Shown: positions 13,824 through 15,028 of the stretch, in pieces | Layout: every line of letters begins with the position of its first letter | How positions within the stretch are numbered: position 1 is the first letter of the stretch | Assembly (NCBI GenBank): GCA_051382305.1 | Contig: JBBCAV010000383.1 | Coordinates: 1-15,028 of the forward strand | DNA: 15,028 nt | Direction: 5' to 3' | From: Bdellovibrionota bacterium FG-2 | Lineage (GTDB): Bacteria > Bdellovibrionota > UBA1018 | Notes under the pieces: model-generated | What the model saw: only the letters and a program-made list of their open reading frames with translations | Told to the model about the DNA's origin: nothing | Database searches by the model: none | Program-made: the position numbers and the translations under genes

Positions 13824-15028
13824 CTACAGTCTCCAACATTTTATGCCGGCTTTTTCGATCATATTCTTATCGTAAACGCCTTTTATATCGGCTAAAACTG
13901 GTGCATTTTTCATCAGCTTCTTTAGCATATCTGGAGACAGTTCTTTGAACTGCTTGTGTGCAACGGCAAGGATTACTCCTTCGGCTGGTTTCAGGTTTTC
14001 CCATGGAGTTAATTTAACCCCATATTCTTCTTCTGCTTCTTGGGCAGAGGCGAGCGGGTCATAAATTTGAACGCTGACGCCGAAAGACTTTAGTTCATTA
14101 GCGATGTCAATGGCACGTGTGTTTCGAATGTCGGGGCAGTTTTCTTTAAAGGTTAGGCCAAGGAGTGTCACTGTCGCATCCTGCATGGGGTGACCCGCGC
14201 GAATCAGTTCTTTTACCATGCGTTGAGCAACATAGCGTCCCATCCCATCGTTTACTTGCCTTCCGGCTAAAATCACTTGAGGAATATATCCAAAGCGTTC
14301 AGCCTGATACGTTAGGTAATAGGGGTCTACACCAATGCAGTGACCTCCCACCAATCCGGGCGAAAAAGGGAGAAAGTTCCATTTTGTTCGAGCGGCTTCC
14401 AAGACATCTAGGGTGTCGATGCCGAGTCGCTCAAAAATAAGCGATAGTTCATTCATAAGAGCGATGTTGAGATCCCGTTGGGTGTTTTCAATAACTTTAG
14501 CAGCTTCTGCTACTTTTATCGATTTTGCCTTAAAAACTCCAGCGGTGACAACAGAACTATAGACATCGGATATAATAGCTAAGGATTCTGCATCTTGACC
14601 TGAGACAACCTTTCGGATCTTAGTGAATGTGTGTTCGGTATCGCCAGGGTTGATTCGCTCAGGCGAGTAGCCGACCTTAAAATCCGGACCGCATTTTAGT
14701 CCAGAGGCACGTTCTAGGATGGGTACGCAATCTTCTTCAGTAACCCCAGGATAAACTGTTGATTCGTAAACGACGATATCCCCTTTTTTTAGAGCGCGCC
14801 CGACTGTTTCTGTAGCCTTGTGAACCAAAGAGAGGTCAGGCTGATGTGCGTCATTTACGGGGGTCGGAACGGCAACAATATAGAAGTCTGCTTGCTTAAG
14901 CTCAGCGGGTTGATTCGTTAAGATTAGGTGGGACGAGGCTTCTCGAAGTTCATCTTTTAAAATATCATTGTTACGATCATAATTCTTTTTTAGTTCTTCG
15001 ACGCGCGGACCATGGATGTCAAATCCGA
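13824..15028 (-). CDS. Nucleotide-sugar dehydrogenase, UDP-N-acetylhexosamine 6-dehydrogenase (TviB/WbpO-like); 5' end lies outside the window
   Basis: The frame stays open beyond the listed 14828 to the window edge (GFDIHGPRVEELKKNYDR...DFYIVAVPTPV); ESTVYPG, GYSPERINPGD, AEAAKVIENTQRDLNIA, GLVGGHCIGVDPYYL (catalytic Cys), GLTFKENCPDIRN. Confidence 0.95.
   Translation of the reverse strand, partial: GFDIHGPRVEELKKNYDRNNDILKDELREASSHLILTNQPAELKQADFYIVAVPTPVNDAHQPDLSLVHKATETVGRALKKGDIVVYESTVYPGVTEEDCVPILERASGLKCGPDFKVGYSPERINPGDTEHTFTKIRKVVSGQDAESLAIISDVYSSVVTAGVFKAKSIKVAEAAKVIENTQRDLNIALMNELSLIFERLGIDTLDVLEAARTKWNFLPFSPGLVGGHCIGVDPYYLTYQAERFGYIPQVILAGRQVNDGMGRYVAQRMVKELIRAGHPMQDATVTLLGLTFKENCPDIRNTRAIDIANELKSFGVSVQIYDPLASAQEAEEEYGVKLTPWENLKPAEGVILAVAHKQFKELSPDMLKKLMKNAPVLADIKGVYDKNMIEKAGIKCWRL

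Noticed and set aside
1611..14440. Remaining short overlapping or antisense ORFs in the track (e.g. 6992-7393, 8114-8527, 9668-9985, 13225-13536)
   Set aside because: They lie almost wholly within motif-supported genes and show no domain-like features.
1..15028. CRISPR arrays, tRNA/rRNA, IS ends, integrases, intrinsic terminators, cobalamin riboswitch upstream of the B12 enzyme
   Set aside because: No regularly spaced repeats, RNA-gene signatures, terminal inverted repeats, hairpin-plus-U-tract or B12-box were recognised by eye; an Infernal/Rfam scan would be decisive.

Overview
Bacterial cell-surface glycan (EPS/O-antigen/secondary wall polymer-type) biosynthesis and modification locus; the taxon cannot be determined from the window. 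Left to right: a minus-strand HAD-phosphatase/UbiA (DPPR-synthase-like) fusion gene missing from the ORF track because it runs off the left edge; a ~260-bp divergent control region with unusual G-rich structure; a plus-strand run of a WecB/TagA/CpsF glycosyltransferase, a WcaJ/WbaP-type initiating phosphoglycosyltransferase, a 620-aa polytopic membrane protein, a class I SAM methyltransferase, a probable 35-aa single-TM small ORF and a 509-aa GT-C-like membrane protein; a convergent cobalamin-dependent radical SAM gene; then a more AT-rich block of NAD-dependent uronate epimerase, AsnB-like amidotransferase and GT4 glycosyltransferase; and a convergent TviB/WbpO-type UDP-HexNAc dehydrogenase that runs off the right edge. 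The most interesting hypothesis (inference) is a glycan-decoration system combining a lipid-linked pentose donor, two orphan GT-C-like transferases and two chemically different methylases. No RNA genes, CRISPR arrays or mobile elements were recognised. All family calls come from motif recognition by eye, with no database searches.
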